DNA of 64,000 nucleotides. Source: Squalus acanthias. Lineage: Eukaryota. The stretch lies in the NCBI GenBank assembly GCA_030390025.1, contig CM059433.1:620001-684000 (forward strand), in the 5' to 3' direction. The notes under the pieces are model-generated. The model made no database searches and had not been told where the DNA came from. It was given only the letters and a program-made list of their open reading frames with translations. Within the stretch, counting starts at the first letter, position 1. Each line of letters opens with the position of its first letter. The position numbers and the translations under genes are program-made. Positions 47,299 to 59,906 of this stretch are shown one piece after another.

Positions 47299-50200
47299 CG
47301 TGGAGAGCAGCAGCACTCGGGAGCATCAGAAACGAAGTGAGAGCGAATGGGGACACGACCCCCTTAAATACACCGGCTGCAAACGCGTCAGCAGATCCGC
47401 ACCTTGTGATCAGGGCGGGTGACGTGCACGGCGGGCTTAACGGCCCAATTAACTGAAAATTGTGTCAGCAGAGCGGCTGGAGGTGGGAGCGGGACCGGAA
47501 CCCACCGCCAACCCGCCTACACTCGCAAAATCCAGCCCTAGCTTAGAAATTAAGCTCTAGCTGGTCAGATTACAACTTGGATTAACCAGAAAGGAAAATA
47601 TAACTGTGCATTCAGCCCACTATTCGAGATAGGAAAGTGTGTTTTGTATGTTGTGGGAAGTGTTATAGACCAAGCTAAAAATGTCTAAAATTGCTTTGTT
47701 CAGTCACGTGTATTCTGCAAAAATAAACCAGCTTTTTAATGATTGTGATACCCAGTTCAGCTAATTAGGGGATCTCGCTGTTAGACTCCCCCCTCCCAGA
47801 GTGCACCATTGTACGGCTAGACATTGGGTAGTGAAAGTAAACTTCTAATTGTGAGGGACACAGACTCACTTACAGGAGATGTTAACCCAAGAGACTATCT
47901 AAGGCAGACCCGTAACTCTGGGTTATACCACCCACAATCAGTAGGGCTCCCACTTCCTTCGAGACTTTGTTTAACAGCACGCGTATGCTCCTTACATGTG
48001 CAGCAGTGCTCCGAGTTTCAGAGTGTTTTTGATTTGTTTCTCTTGGCCACAGACACTTAAATCTGCTTAACAGCGCAACCTAATGGCCCTAGGGGATGTC
48101 AAACTCGTGTCATTAGGTATGTAGAGCAGTTACAATGCACGTCATTGACAAACATTGGTTTCTGGGTTACTGTGCTAGCTCCAGCAGTTGTACTGAAGCT
48201 TTCAATGCTACTCCCACATCATACTTGGTCTATACCGTGACACATAGAAACGGGCAATGTTAATTTATGCAAATGTTTATGGCCTTTACTTTTGCTATCC
48301 TGAATCCAAAGTAGTCACTTTCAGGTCTTTCCTATTAGTTCCAAAGTCAGTACAGGATTTCATTGTGTGTTCTCTTCAATAATAGCCAGTGTAATGCAGC
48401 AATAAATAAATAAACTTGAAGCAATATACTTTCTCTTTTTAATGAGAAAAAAATATTCAGAGAAATAATAGCAGTACCTTATATAGTGCTGAGTACTATT
48501 GTGACATCTATGAAAGTGGCCTCCTGGCGACTGCTGATTAAAATCATTTTCACCAAAGCATTTTATCCGTTTAGCTGCACTGTAGTAGTGGCTTAATCAC
48601 AGCAGTGATGGTGAACCACCAGATGACTGCAGTCACCTCTACATGCATAAGATCTGGTGAAATATAAAAGGAAGACAAATTAATTAATGAGTAGTCTTGG
48701 CAAATTATCAGCACGTTCCCAGCACTAGACCTGAACTGAAGCACCTATTGCACATGATAATTGCACAATGCAATGTGCATTTCCCATGGATTCACTCCTG
48801 CAGACAGTTCACACGCCATATGCCTGTTTCTAACACATACTGTCAAACTAGATTCAGCAGTGAGCACGGAGAGGATTAATGGACTATTATTACATAATGT
48901 AAGGCGCCAAATCCCCAGCAACACTGTGGTCATTCCCTGTAGTGTACAGATAAGCTGGGCTTTGTAGTAGAACAAAAAGAGCTAAAAGCTTCCCCTGTGA
49001 GTATAAATTATAAATATACATCGAAAGTGTTTATGCTTTAAGTGCAAAGGCAGAGGATTCTTTGAGGTGAGCGTTTGTTTTTATGATGTACACTCAGCAA
49101 AAACACTTTCTGATTTTACCAAATGTCAAAAAATATCAACAACACAACACAATTATTTTCCACGGACCCCCCTTGCTGAACCCGGCATACGAGAGAGTTG
49201 CATACAATACATTTAGTTCAGTCCTTACTCATTCCCAAAGATTCTCAAAAAAGTCTATCTGCTGACATTCGATGTTGAAACTCATTTAAAACTCAGTCAA
49301 AAAAAATTCAAATTGCTCCAAACTTTGGTGTTAAATTTGCCATAAAGGACAGCTTGATGTCTTCATTTTTCACCCTATAGGAGCTCATAACATTAGTATT
49401 GAAGATATTCACTATTTTCACCAGTTTATACAAGAAACTGCTAACCTGTGTATCTTACGCTTAACATTGATCCCATTCAGTGGCCGGTGTTTGTGTTTTA
49501 TTTTATATCAAATCATGATATTTAAACGTACCAATTCAAAACTGATTGCTGGGAGATCCTACTGCACACCAAATGGAAGATAATTTACTGATAGCTTCAA
49601 GGCAAGTCCCGAAGAGAAGCTAAGCACAACTTGTCATATTCATGGTGGCTTCCGACTACTTCATAAAGTTTTGATTGGAAATGCCAGACCTGTCAAAGGC
49701 AGCAGCATTGTGCTGAAATGTTTTACATGGAGGGGTTAATGTGAACTTGAGTGTGAGGTCAGACGTGATGAGCTGTGACAGTCTCAGCGCTGTCCCAGCT
49801 GCACAGACACCAGCACCATGGCCTCATTTGGCTGGTGGAGCTTTATGTCCTGGGAACTCTAATGTTACCCACCCCACCACCACCACCCCCGCCCCAGCCC
49901 CCGCCCCCCACCACCATCCGCCGCCTTCAGAGTCTGCACATTTACCAAATGCTACGCTTTTAGCAAATTATCTGCTGCACAGGCAGACAGCTGTGTTATT
50001 TATCACAAATTGACATCATTTTCAAGCCACTATTTCACAGTTCTGACTGCCAAAAGGAACTGTTCATGAGTAACAGGAGACATAGAATGCTTGAATTTCT
50101 TTTTTACTTTACCCATTGTATTGATTTTGTAAAATTATATTTTCTAGAGTTTTACATTTCTAAACATGGTGTAGTTATTTTGCCTACACAAATTTACAGA

Positions 50201-50315
50201 TATAATCGGGTAGAGTTTTCTCTTCCCTTCACCTGTTGGGTAAGGTATCTGGCTCCATTACATTGCCCTGGTTTTCCTATGGCTTTCCTGATGGTGTATC
50301 TAAGCTGCCACCTCT

Positions 50316-50790
50316 GGCAGTCGTGGCTCAGTGGTAGCACTCTCGCCTGAGTCAGATGGTTGTGGATTCATGTCCCACTCCAGAGACTTGAGCATATAAC
50401 ACTCAGCTGGCACTTCAGTGCAGTACTGAGAGAGTGCTGCACTGTCGGAGGTGCCATCTTTCAGGTGAGACGTTAAACTGAGGGCCTTTCTGCTCTATCA
50501 GGTGAACATAAAAGATTCTTTGGCACTATTTGAAGAAGAGCAGGGGAGTTCTCTGAGTGTCCTGGCCAATATTTATCCCTCAACCAACATCACTAAAAAA
50601 AAGATTATCTGGCCATTATCAAATTATCAAATTGCTGTTTGTGGGACCTTGCTGTGTGCAAATTGGCTGCCCCGTTTCCGACATTACAACAATATCTTAC
50701 ACGTCAAAAACTACTTAATTGGCCGTAAAACGCTTTGGGACGTCCCGAGGTCATGAAAGGCACGATATAAATGCTCGTCTTTCCTTCTTT
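50316..50790 (+). mobile_element. Full-length tRNA-derived Deu-domain SINE (SacSINE1-like)
   Basis: A box TGGCTCAGTGG, B-box-like GGATTCATGTCC, a Deu-like core (tgcagtactgag.gagtgctgcactgtcggaggtgcc) and an L2-like tail. Family recognised from memory. Confidence 0.78.
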
Positions 50791-51089
50791 CCTCCTTTCC
50801 TCCTTTCCTTTCCTTCCTTCCTTCCTTTCTCCCAGTGTGCCTATTTAAATGAGCTGGGTGGAGGCCTCCCCCTCACTCTTCCTCTATGCTTGTTGGGCAA
50901 ACCAGCGGAGGGGCGCCTGTAAAAATCGAGCGCGATGCCCTGCTCCCACAACCGCACAGTCTGGCGCGTCTGCTAGAGAACCTGAAGGCACTGATATCAG
51001 TGGCTGTCTCCTCCTCGGCACATTGAACCTCAGAAAATCTACTCTGATGATCTGTTGGAATAGCTGTGCATATTGTTATAGTAGTGTTA

Positions 51090-51575
51090 AATGCTTCAGC
51101 ATCAGAATGATACCAGGATGCAAAGCTATAGTTATGAGGAGAGAATTGAGATACTAGGATTATTTCCACTAAAGCAGCAAAGGTGAAGAGGAGAATTAAG
51201 TGTTTTCCTTTTACATTATGAAGGGTTTTGATCAGGTTAGAAAGGAAAGACAATTTCTTCTTGTTGGGGAGTCAGTGATGATGGGTCCTCAATTTAAAAT
51301 TGTCACTGAGAGAGAGAGGGGCAGGAGAGGAGGACAAATTTCTTTGCACTGTGGATTTTTGGAGCATGGAATACTTTGCCACAAGGAATGGTTGAGACAA
51401 AGATCATTGTATCTTTCAAGCAAAAATGGATAAACATTTGAAGCAGAGGAAGATACAGGGCTGTGGGGAGACAGCAGGGCAGTAGAATTAGTTCTGGATT
51501 GCTCTAGCAAAGTTCCAGCACAGACATGATGGGATGAATAGACCACTTCTGTACTGTAAACTTCTATGGATCATA
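51090..51575 (+). mobile_element. Old CR1 3' fragment
   Basis: Degenerate agttatgaggagaga...attatgaagggttttga...gaatagaccacttctgtactgtaaacttctatg. Confidence 0.7.
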
Positions 51576-51754
51576 CTTCTGATTGATATCCATTGATTCC
51601 TGCAGGAAATGTGTGTGTGGACACCTGGTAATTGAGCTCTATAATTCCAGCAGGAGACTGGTAAAACCCACCAGAAAATGGCAGAGACTTAGCTACGCTT
51701 GGACCCCCAAAGAAATGAGCAATTAAAAACCTTGCACCTTCTGTAAACTTGAGC

Positions 51755-52240
51755 TCATCCAAAACTCTGCTGCCCTTATCCTAACTCATACCAAGTCCCG
51801 TTCACACATCACCCCTGTGCTCGCTGACCTACATTGGTTCCCGGTGTGGCAACACCTCGATTTTAAAATTCTCATCCTTGTTTTTAAAACCCTCCATGGC
51901 CTCGCCCCTCCCTATCTCTGTAACCTCCTCCAGCCCCACAATCATCCGAGATCTCAGCACTCCTTCATTTCTGGCCTCTTGCCCGATTTTCTTCACTCCA
52001 CCATTGGCGGCCATACCTTCAGCTGCCGAGGCCTTAAGCTCACAAATTACCTTCCTAAACCTCTCCGCCTCCTCCTTTAAGACACTCCTTAAAATCTACC
52101 TCTTTGACCAAGTTTTTGGTCACCTGTCCTAATATCTCCTTATGTGGCTTGATGTCAAATTTTGTTTGATAATCGCTCCTGTGAAGCACCTTGGGACATT
52201 TTACTACATTAAAAGCGCTATATAAATGCAAGGTTCTGTT
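51755..52240 (+). mobile_element. L2-type LINE 3' portion
   Basis: LADLHWFPV..LDFKILILVFK motif and tail gcgctatataaatgcaag. Confidence 0.75.
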
Positions 52241-52731
52241 GTTGATGTGGGTGGGATAATTGGCACTACGAGGTAAAGTTCTACCAGTCTTTAGAAAGGC
52301 TGAAAATTGTTTTAAAATATTTATTAACCTTTCCAAAGGCTATAGGGAAGCATGGGTGGGAGGTGGGGGTGCGCTGGGGCGGTGGTAGACGTGGCAAGCA
52401 ATAGACTCACCGGCAGCAGCAGTGGCGAGAGGAAAAAAACCCACAAGGAGTGATGTCACAGATGGTTAGTAACTGATTGGCTGGTAAAGGTCACATTGTG
52501 GCGGATCGCCACCTAAACGGGCGCAATCCACTTTTCCGTCCGTGGACAATAAATTGGGCACCTTGCCTTTAAGGCACCTTGCCTTTAAGGCAGGACAAAA
52601 GGAGTGGGCGTGGCCTCAGAGTTTTCAGTTCAGTTTGGTTAGCAGCCATTTTACCAGGCAGATGTGATTAAAAGCTTTGTGTTCCACACATGGACTCGGC
52701 CTTAATTCGTGTTTCGCGGCATCCACAACAT

Positions 52732-52745
52732 TGGTGACCCCGACG
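52732..52745 (+). promoter_or_regulatory. Primer-binding site, tRNA-Trp type
   Basis: TGGTGACCCCGACG matches the first 14 nt of the classical tRNA-Trp PBS (TGGTGACCCCGACGTGAT) and lies 1 nt after the 5' LTR. Confidence 0.85.
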
Positions 52746-52770
52746 CTCAGAACGTATTCCGAGCACTGCA

Positions 52771-55700
52771 ATGGCGGACACGAACGCAGGTTCCGTGAAA
52801 CTGCCGGAGTTTTGGGAAAACCAGCCCGAAGCCTGGTTCCTCCAAGCCGAGTCGCGTTTTCGGCTGCGAAACATCACCACAGATGGGACGAAGTACGACG
52901 ATCTCGTCACATCACTCGGTAGCTCCACAGTTACGAAGGTCTGGACAGCGCTACAGAACCCACCAGAGGAGGGCAAGTATGGACATCTTAAGGCCGTGCT
53001 CCTTAAAATATTTACGGTCTCGGCATACCAGCGAAACTGCCACCTCCTCGACCTTCCAGGCCTCGGTGATGCCTCACCGTCAGACCTCCTCTCCCACATG
53101 CTCTCCCTCACCGACGAGAGCCCACCCGGATCCCTCTTCCGCACGCTGTTCATCCGCCAGCTACCTCTCAGCATCCGCCCAGCGATCGTGGCGTCCAGCC
53201 TCACGGACTTGGAAGCCCTGGCCGATGAGGCCGACAAGCTGCTGTCCGCTCACTCCAGCCGTGACGTCACTCCGGACCTGGCAGCCACTGCCTGGGCGCG
53301 CCCCTCACCGGCCACCACGCGGCCACAAGGCCCAGCCACCGGGCTCACGGGGCTTTCACGCCCCACTAACCCGGGCCACTGTTACTACCACGCACGGTTC
53401 GGCGCCAGGGCAAAACGGTGCACACCTCCCTGCTCTTTCAAGTCCGGCCCCGTACCAGCCCCCGCGATGGCCGTGGGCTATGCGGGCTCCCTGCTGTACG
53501 TCACGGATGACAAAACCGGCCGCCGGTTCCTGTGCGACACTGGAGCTCAGCACAGCATCATCCCGGCCTCCTCCCTCGACATCCAAAAGGGCAAACGAGG
53601 ACCGGCGCTGGCTGCTGCTAACAGCTCGGACATCCGGACGTACGGTACCCACACAGTCACCCTCGACCTCGCTGGTCGCCGCTACCAATGGGAGTTCATC
53701 ACTGCCAAGGTGCTCTCCCCTCTCATCGGCGCAGATTTCCTGTGCGCCCACGGCCTACTGGTAGACATCCCTCGACACCGCCTCGTGGACATGAACACCA
53801 TGTCCCCAATCCTGGGCGCCATGGCCCCCCGTCAACCCGCCGACATGGCGTCACAGTGCCACGCCTGGGCCACGGATGACTACTCGGCACCCCAGGCCGA
53901 ATTCCCGGCCCTTACCAATTCGACCTTCTCCGCGGAGGCCGCCAAACACGGGGTGGAACACTTCATCCCCACCACAGGGCCCCCAGTGTACGCCCACGCC
54001 TGCAGGCTGGACCCGGCCAAACTGGAGATCGCGCGGACCGAGTTTGCCACCATGGAACAGCTCGGCATCATCCGCCGCTCCAACAGTCCCTGGGCCTCCC
54101 CACTCCAAATCGCCCCCAAACCAGGCGGGGGTTGGCGCCCCTGCGGGGATTACCGCCGCCTCAACGACGCCACCACCCCTGATCGGTACCCCGTGCCGCA
54201 CATCCAGGACTTCTCGGCTAGACTGGCCGGCCGCTCAGTCTTTTCCAAGGTCGACCTGGTGCGCGGCTACCACCAAGTCCCCGTCCACCCCGCGGACGTC
54301 CCCAAGACGGCCGTAATCACCCCCTTCAGCCTTTTCGAGTTCCTGCGGATGCCCTTCGGCCTCAAAAACGTGGCCCAGGCATTCCAACGGCTCATGGACT
54401 CGGTCCTTCGGGACCTGAAGTTCCTGTTCGTCTACCTGGACGACATCCTGGTAGCCAGTTCCTCCAAGCAGGAACACCTTGAACACCTTCGCATCCTGTT
54501 CGGGCGCATCAGCGACCACGGGCTCATCCTCAGCCCAGCCAAATGCCAGTTCGGCCTGGACAAGATCGACTTCCTCGGCCACCACATCACCCATGCTGGG
54601 GCCATTCCCCTGCCCACCAAGGTGCAGGCCGTCCAACAATTTCCCCGCCCCACCACCATCAAAGGCCTCCAGGAGTTCCTCAGGATGGTGAAATTTTACA
54701 ACCGCTTCATCCCCAAAGCGGCGTCCCTCATGAGGCCCCTGTATGAAGCCCTCCGGGGCAGGAGCGGCAAGATGGCGGTCGAATGGACGGCAGACGCGTC
54801 AGCTGCCTTCGACTCCACCAAGACCGCGCTCGCCAACACCACCCTGCTCGCGCACCCACGGCCCAATGCCAGGGTAGCGCTCACCACGGACGCCTCCGAC
54901 CACGCGGTCGGCGCCGTGTATGAGCAGTGGGTCGACGGCGCCTGGCAACCACTTGCCTTCTTCAGCCGCCAACTACGTCCCCCGGAGGTCAAGTACAGCA
55001 CCTTCGACCGCGAGCTCCTCGCGCTGTTCCTGGCGGTCCGCCATTTTCGGTTTTTGCTGGAGGGCCACCCCTTCACTGCGTTTGTCGACCACAAGCCCCT
55101 GACATTCGCAATGGCAAAGACAACCGACCCCTGGTCCGCCAGGCAGCAGCGCCAGCTCGCGGCAGTGTCCGAGTTCACCACGGATATCCAACACGTCTCC
55201 GGCCGAGACAATGCGGTATCCGATTGCCTCTCCCGACCCGCCATCCACGCCGCACACCTGGCAGTCGACTACGCTCAACTCGCAGCAGACCAGATCACCG
55301 ACCCTGATCTGCTCTCCGCACCTACCAACCTACCAGGGCTACGCCTGGCCGACGTTGCCTGTGGCCCGACCGCAGTCACGGTCAAGTGCGACATATCCCT
55401 ATGTCAACCTCGGCCCGTCGTCCCAGCGTCCTGGCGCCGCCGGGTATTCGAGATTCTCCACAACCTCTCCCACCCCGGCGCCCGCGCATCCATCAAATTG
55501 GTAGCCAACTGCTTTGTCTGGCGCGGCCTTCGCAAGGATGTGCGTACTTGGGTCAACTCCTGCCTAGCCTGCCAGCGGGCCAAGGTGCAGCAACACACAA
55601 AAGCACCCCTCGAGGAGTTTACCGCCCCTTCGCGTAGATTCGACCACATCCACGTGGACATCGTCGGGCCCCTGCCGCTGTCGCAAGGCCTCACGCACTT

Positions 55701-56583
55701 GCTGACGATCGTTGACCGCACCACGCGCTGGCCCGAGGCAATTCCACTGACCTCTACCACCACCGCCGACATCGCCAGAGCCTTCGTCAGCACCTGGGTC
55801 GCACGGTTCGGCGTCCCCTCCGACATGATGTCGGACAGAGGTCCGCAATTTACCTCTGAACTCTGGACCGCCGTCGCACGCAATCTCGGGGTGACCATTC
55901 ACTGCACCACAGCGTACCACCCCCAAGCCAACGGACTGTGTGAGCGGTTCCACAGATCCTTGAAGGCATCTCTTCGAGCCAGCCTCCAGGACGGCGCCTG
56001 GACCGACTGACTTCCGTGGGTCCTCCTCGGCCTGCGCACCGCGGTTAAAGAAGACCTCCACGCATCGGCAGCAGAGCTCGTGTACGGTCAGCCGCTGCGC
56101 ATACCCGGTGAGTTCCTGCCCACCGCCACGACACCCTGGTCAGCCGACCAGCAACGCCACGACTTCGCCTCACCGGCGCTACAGTTCGCCCCGGTGCCCA
56201 TTGCCCGACACGGCGAATCCACCTCACACGTCCCACTAAGCCTGCACCAGGCACGGTTCATTTTCGTCCGGCACGACGCCCACCGCGGATCCCTTCAGCC
56301 CCCGTACGACGGGCCCTACAAGGTGCTACAGGCTGGGGACAAATTTTTCACCCTGCAAGTGGGCAACAGGACCGAAAAAGTGTCGGTTGATCGACTCAAG
56401 CCAGCACACTCGGAGCCCGGTGAGCAGGTCCCTGTAGCTCGTCCACCGCCACGCGGCCGACCTGCCCTCAAGCCGGTTCACCCGGCTGCTCCACGCCCGG
56501 CCGTTCCACGTCCACCGGCGTCCTACAAGAGCCGCTCCGGCCGGCCCATCAGACCGCCGCACCGTCTCGTCCACACCTCCTAA
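52771..56583 (+). pseudogene. Gypsy gag-pol: 1079-aa ORF, one in-frame TGA (56008-56010), then continuation to 56583
   Basis: Gag KLPEFW...WF, CYYHARFG..AKRC; PR CDTGA; RT RPCGDYRRLN and YLDD; RH TDAS; IN HPG..CLAC, HVDIVGP, SDRG, NGLCER, and GPY motif. Confidence 0.95.
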
Positions 56584-59234
56584 GCGGATTCTGGGGGGAG
56601 CTGTGTGGCGGATTGCCACCTAAATGGGTGCAATCCACTTTTCCGTCCGTGGACAATAAATCGGGCACCTTGCCTTTAAGGCACCTAGCCTTTAAGGCAG
56701 GAGAAAAGGAGTGGGCGTGGCCTCAGAGTTTTCAGTTCAGTTGGTTAGCAGCCATTTTACCAGGCAGATGTGATTATAAGCTTTGTGTTCCACACATGGA
56801 CTCGGCCTTAATTTGTGTTTCGCGGCAGCCACAACAACATCATTTTTTCTTGCTATTCAGGTTCCGGGCTGATGAGTATCACTTTTTTTTCTTGTCTGTT
56901 GTCGTTTTGTCTTTAATTTAGGGCAGAGGGGTATACTAAAAACTTTAGTTAATGAATCTAATAAATAGAGGTATGGCAGGGCAGCTCAGTCCTGTGGAAT
57001 GCACATCCTGTGCCATGTGGGAATTCCTGGACATCTCCCGTGGTCTGGACGACCACATGTGCGGGAAGTGTCGTCAGCTACAGCAGCTCAAGCACCGGGT
57101 TATGGAGCTTGAGCGGCGGCTGGAGTAACTGCAGTGTATCCACGAGGCTGAGAACTTCGTGGATAACACGTTTCAGGAGGTGGTCACCCTGCAGCTTCAG
57201 AGTGTGCAGGCAGAGAGGGAATGGGTGACCGCCAGACAGAAGAGGAGGACCAGGCAGGTAGGGCAGGAATCCCCTGAGTGCACCTCGCTCGCTAACTGGT
57301 TTTCAGCTCTGAATACTGGTGAGAGTGATGGTTCCTCTGGGGAGTGCAGCCAGAGCCAAGTCCACAACACCATGGGTGGCTCAGCTGCACAGGGGTGGAC
57401 GAAGAAGAATGGAAGAGCACTCCAGGATGTCACTGAACGGCTGCAGGACATTCGGAGGGAGGAGGGTGATCAGCCAGAGGTCGTGGTCCATATCGGTACC
57501 AACGACATAGGTAGGAAGAGGGATGAGGTCCTGCAGGCAGATTTTAGGGAGCTAGGAGAGAGATTAAAAAGCAGGACCTCAAAGTTAGTAATCTCCGGAT
57601 TACTCCCAGTGCCACGTGCTAGCGAGTACAGAAATAGAAGGGTAGAGCAGATGAATGCGTGGCTGGAGAGATGGTGCAGGAGGGAGGGCTTTAGATACCT
57701 GAGGCATTGGGACCGTTTCTGGGGGAGGTGGAACCTGTACAAGCCGGACAGGTTGCACCTCAACGGAGCCGGGACCAATATCCTCATGGGGGGGTTTGCT
57801 AGTGCTGTTGGGGAGGGTTTAAACTAGCTTGGCAGGGGGATGGGAACCTGAGAATATTTTCAGAAGGGAGAGAAGCAAAGCTGAAAATGGAGGGCAGAAA
57901 ATTAGTAAGCGAGTTTGGAAGGCAGAGAAAACAAGGGCTAGGAAATAGACAACAAGGCAGTTTTGCAATGATAAATGGTATATACTTCAATGAAAGGAGT
58001 CTAGGAAATAAGGGAGATATGCTAAGGGCACAGATAGACATGTGGGAGTATGATATTATAGCTATTACTGAGACATGGCTGAAAGAAGGGCAGGAATGGC
58101 AGCTCAACATTCCTGGTTCCAGGGTTTTCAGGCGAGATAGAGAGGGTATTAAAAAAGGAGGGGGAGGTTGCAGTATTGATTAAAGAGACAATTACAGCTG
58201 TGAGGAGGGAGGATATCTTGGAAGGATCATCAAATGAGGCCATATGGGTTGAACTAAAGAACAAAAAAGGGGCAATCACACTGCTGGGAGTGTACTACAG
58301 ACCCCCAAACAGCCCGAGGGAGATAGAAGAGCAAATTTGCAGACAAATTTCTGACAAGTGCAAAAACAATAGGGCAGTAATAGTGGGGGATTTCAACTAC
58401 CCCAATATTAACTGGGATACTACCAGTGTAAAAGGTATAGAGGGCACAGACTTCCTAAATTGCATTCTGGAGAACTTTTTTAGCCAGTATGTAGCAAGCC
58501 CAGCAATAGGGGGGGCAGTTCTGGATTTAGTTTTAGGGATTGAAGCTGGGCAGGTGGAAGGAGTATCAGTGGGAGAGCATTTTTGTGGTAGTGATCATAA
58601 TTCAGTTAGTTTTAGCATAATTATGGATAAGGACAAAGATAGACCAGGAGTAAGGGTTCTAAATTGGGGGAAGGCCAATTTTACTAGGTTGAGTAGTGAT
58701 TAGCAAAAGTGGACTGGAAAGAGTTACTTTTAGGTAAATCAGTGTCTGAGCAGTGGGAGGCATTCAAGAGGGAGATATATGGAGTTCAGGATGAACATGT
58801 TCCCACAAAGAAAAAGGGTAGAACTGCCAAATTTAGAGCCCCCTGGATGACAAGGTGCATACAGGATAAGTAAGGCAAAAAAGGAAAGCCTATATTAGAT
58901 ATTATGAGCTCAATACTGCAGAAAGCCGAGAAGAGTATAGAAAGAGTAGGGATGAAATTAAGAAGGAAATTAGGAAAGCAAAAAGAGGGCATGAAAAAAT
59001 ACTGGCAAGTAGAATCAAAGAAAACCCAAAGATCTTTTATAATTGCATAAAGAGCAAGAGGATAACTAAGGAAAGAGTAGGGCCTATCAGGGACCAATGG
59101 TGATGTATGTGTGGAGGCGGAGGATGTGGGGAAGGTATTAATGAATACTTTGCAGCTGTCTTCACAAAAGAGGGGGACAATGCCGACGTTGAAGTTAAGG
59201 AGGAAGATAGTGAAATATTGGACGGGATAAACTT

Positions 59235-59906
59235 GGGCCAGAAATTCGGCTGTTGTCGGGTGAGTACGCACTGTGTACTCACCCGTAAGGCCTCCTGAAG
59301 TGCCGGTTTCCTGCATGCACTGTGCATGCGCGGGAAACCGGAACTTCCATTCCCCTGAAGGGAGGGGTTCAGAAGTCGAACGCGTGCGCGGGAGAGGCTG
59401 CGCGCACGCAGCGAACTTCGATTTTTTTTTCAGGTTTCTCCGGGAGGGTAAGTATGGAGAAGCTGCACTTTTAAAAAGGAGGCGCAAGGCCTGTTTTTAA
59501 CAAGGTAAGTGGTTAATTAATTACAATTAAAAAAATTTTCAACAGGTTTATCTTTTTTAGTACTTTAAAGAAAGGTAAGTTTATTTTTAGCACCGTTACA
59601 AAGTATAATTAATTTTTTCAAAAATTAAAATTTTTGTTTAAAGTAGTTAATTTATTTAACTTATAGTTATTTTAAAAAAGTGATTAAAAAAAAAAATTAT
59701 TTGAAGTTTAAGTGTGGTTTTGGGGCCGATCTCTATTCATAGATTTGACAGGTCTTCCTGGGATACACAAGCACTGCGCGCCGGCAGCTGGAGGAGGCCC
59801 AGGACCCGAAGTCTTCGTGGGCCCAAAGCACAACTGCAGGTGCGGTGGGCAAGTACGCGCGCGATGCTTGCACCCGCAGGAAGCCTGAAAGCTGAATTTC
59901 TGGCCC
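59235..59906. mobile_element. MITE family 2, copy 2
   Basis: TIRs GGGCCAGAAATTC / GAATTTCTGGCCC; inverted homologue of 11658-12414. Confidence 0.87.

Larger units (their letters stand above)
41974..47538. mobile_element. Decayed autonomous PIF/Harbinger DNA transposon
   Basis: Ends GGGCCGCGATTTTGC / GCAAAATCCAGCCC enclose a convergent transposase and Myb/SANT gene pair. Confidence 0.85.
52497..56836 (+). mobile_element. Ty3/Gypsy LTR retrotransposon 2, complete structure
   Basis: LTRs 52497-52730 and 56604-56836 (TG...CA; about 9 substitutions and 1 indel by eye). TSD ACAT (52493-52496 / 56837-56840). PBS at 52732 and PPT GGGGGGAG at 56593-56600. Confidence 0.97.

Noticed and set aside
50316..50390. 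tRNA gene
   Set aside because: The A/B boxes belong to a SINE head; I see no intact cloverleaf.
52883..56061. Many long alternative-frame and antisense ORFs over Gypsy 2
   Set aside because: Expected from stop-poor, GC-rich sequence; no recognisable motifs.
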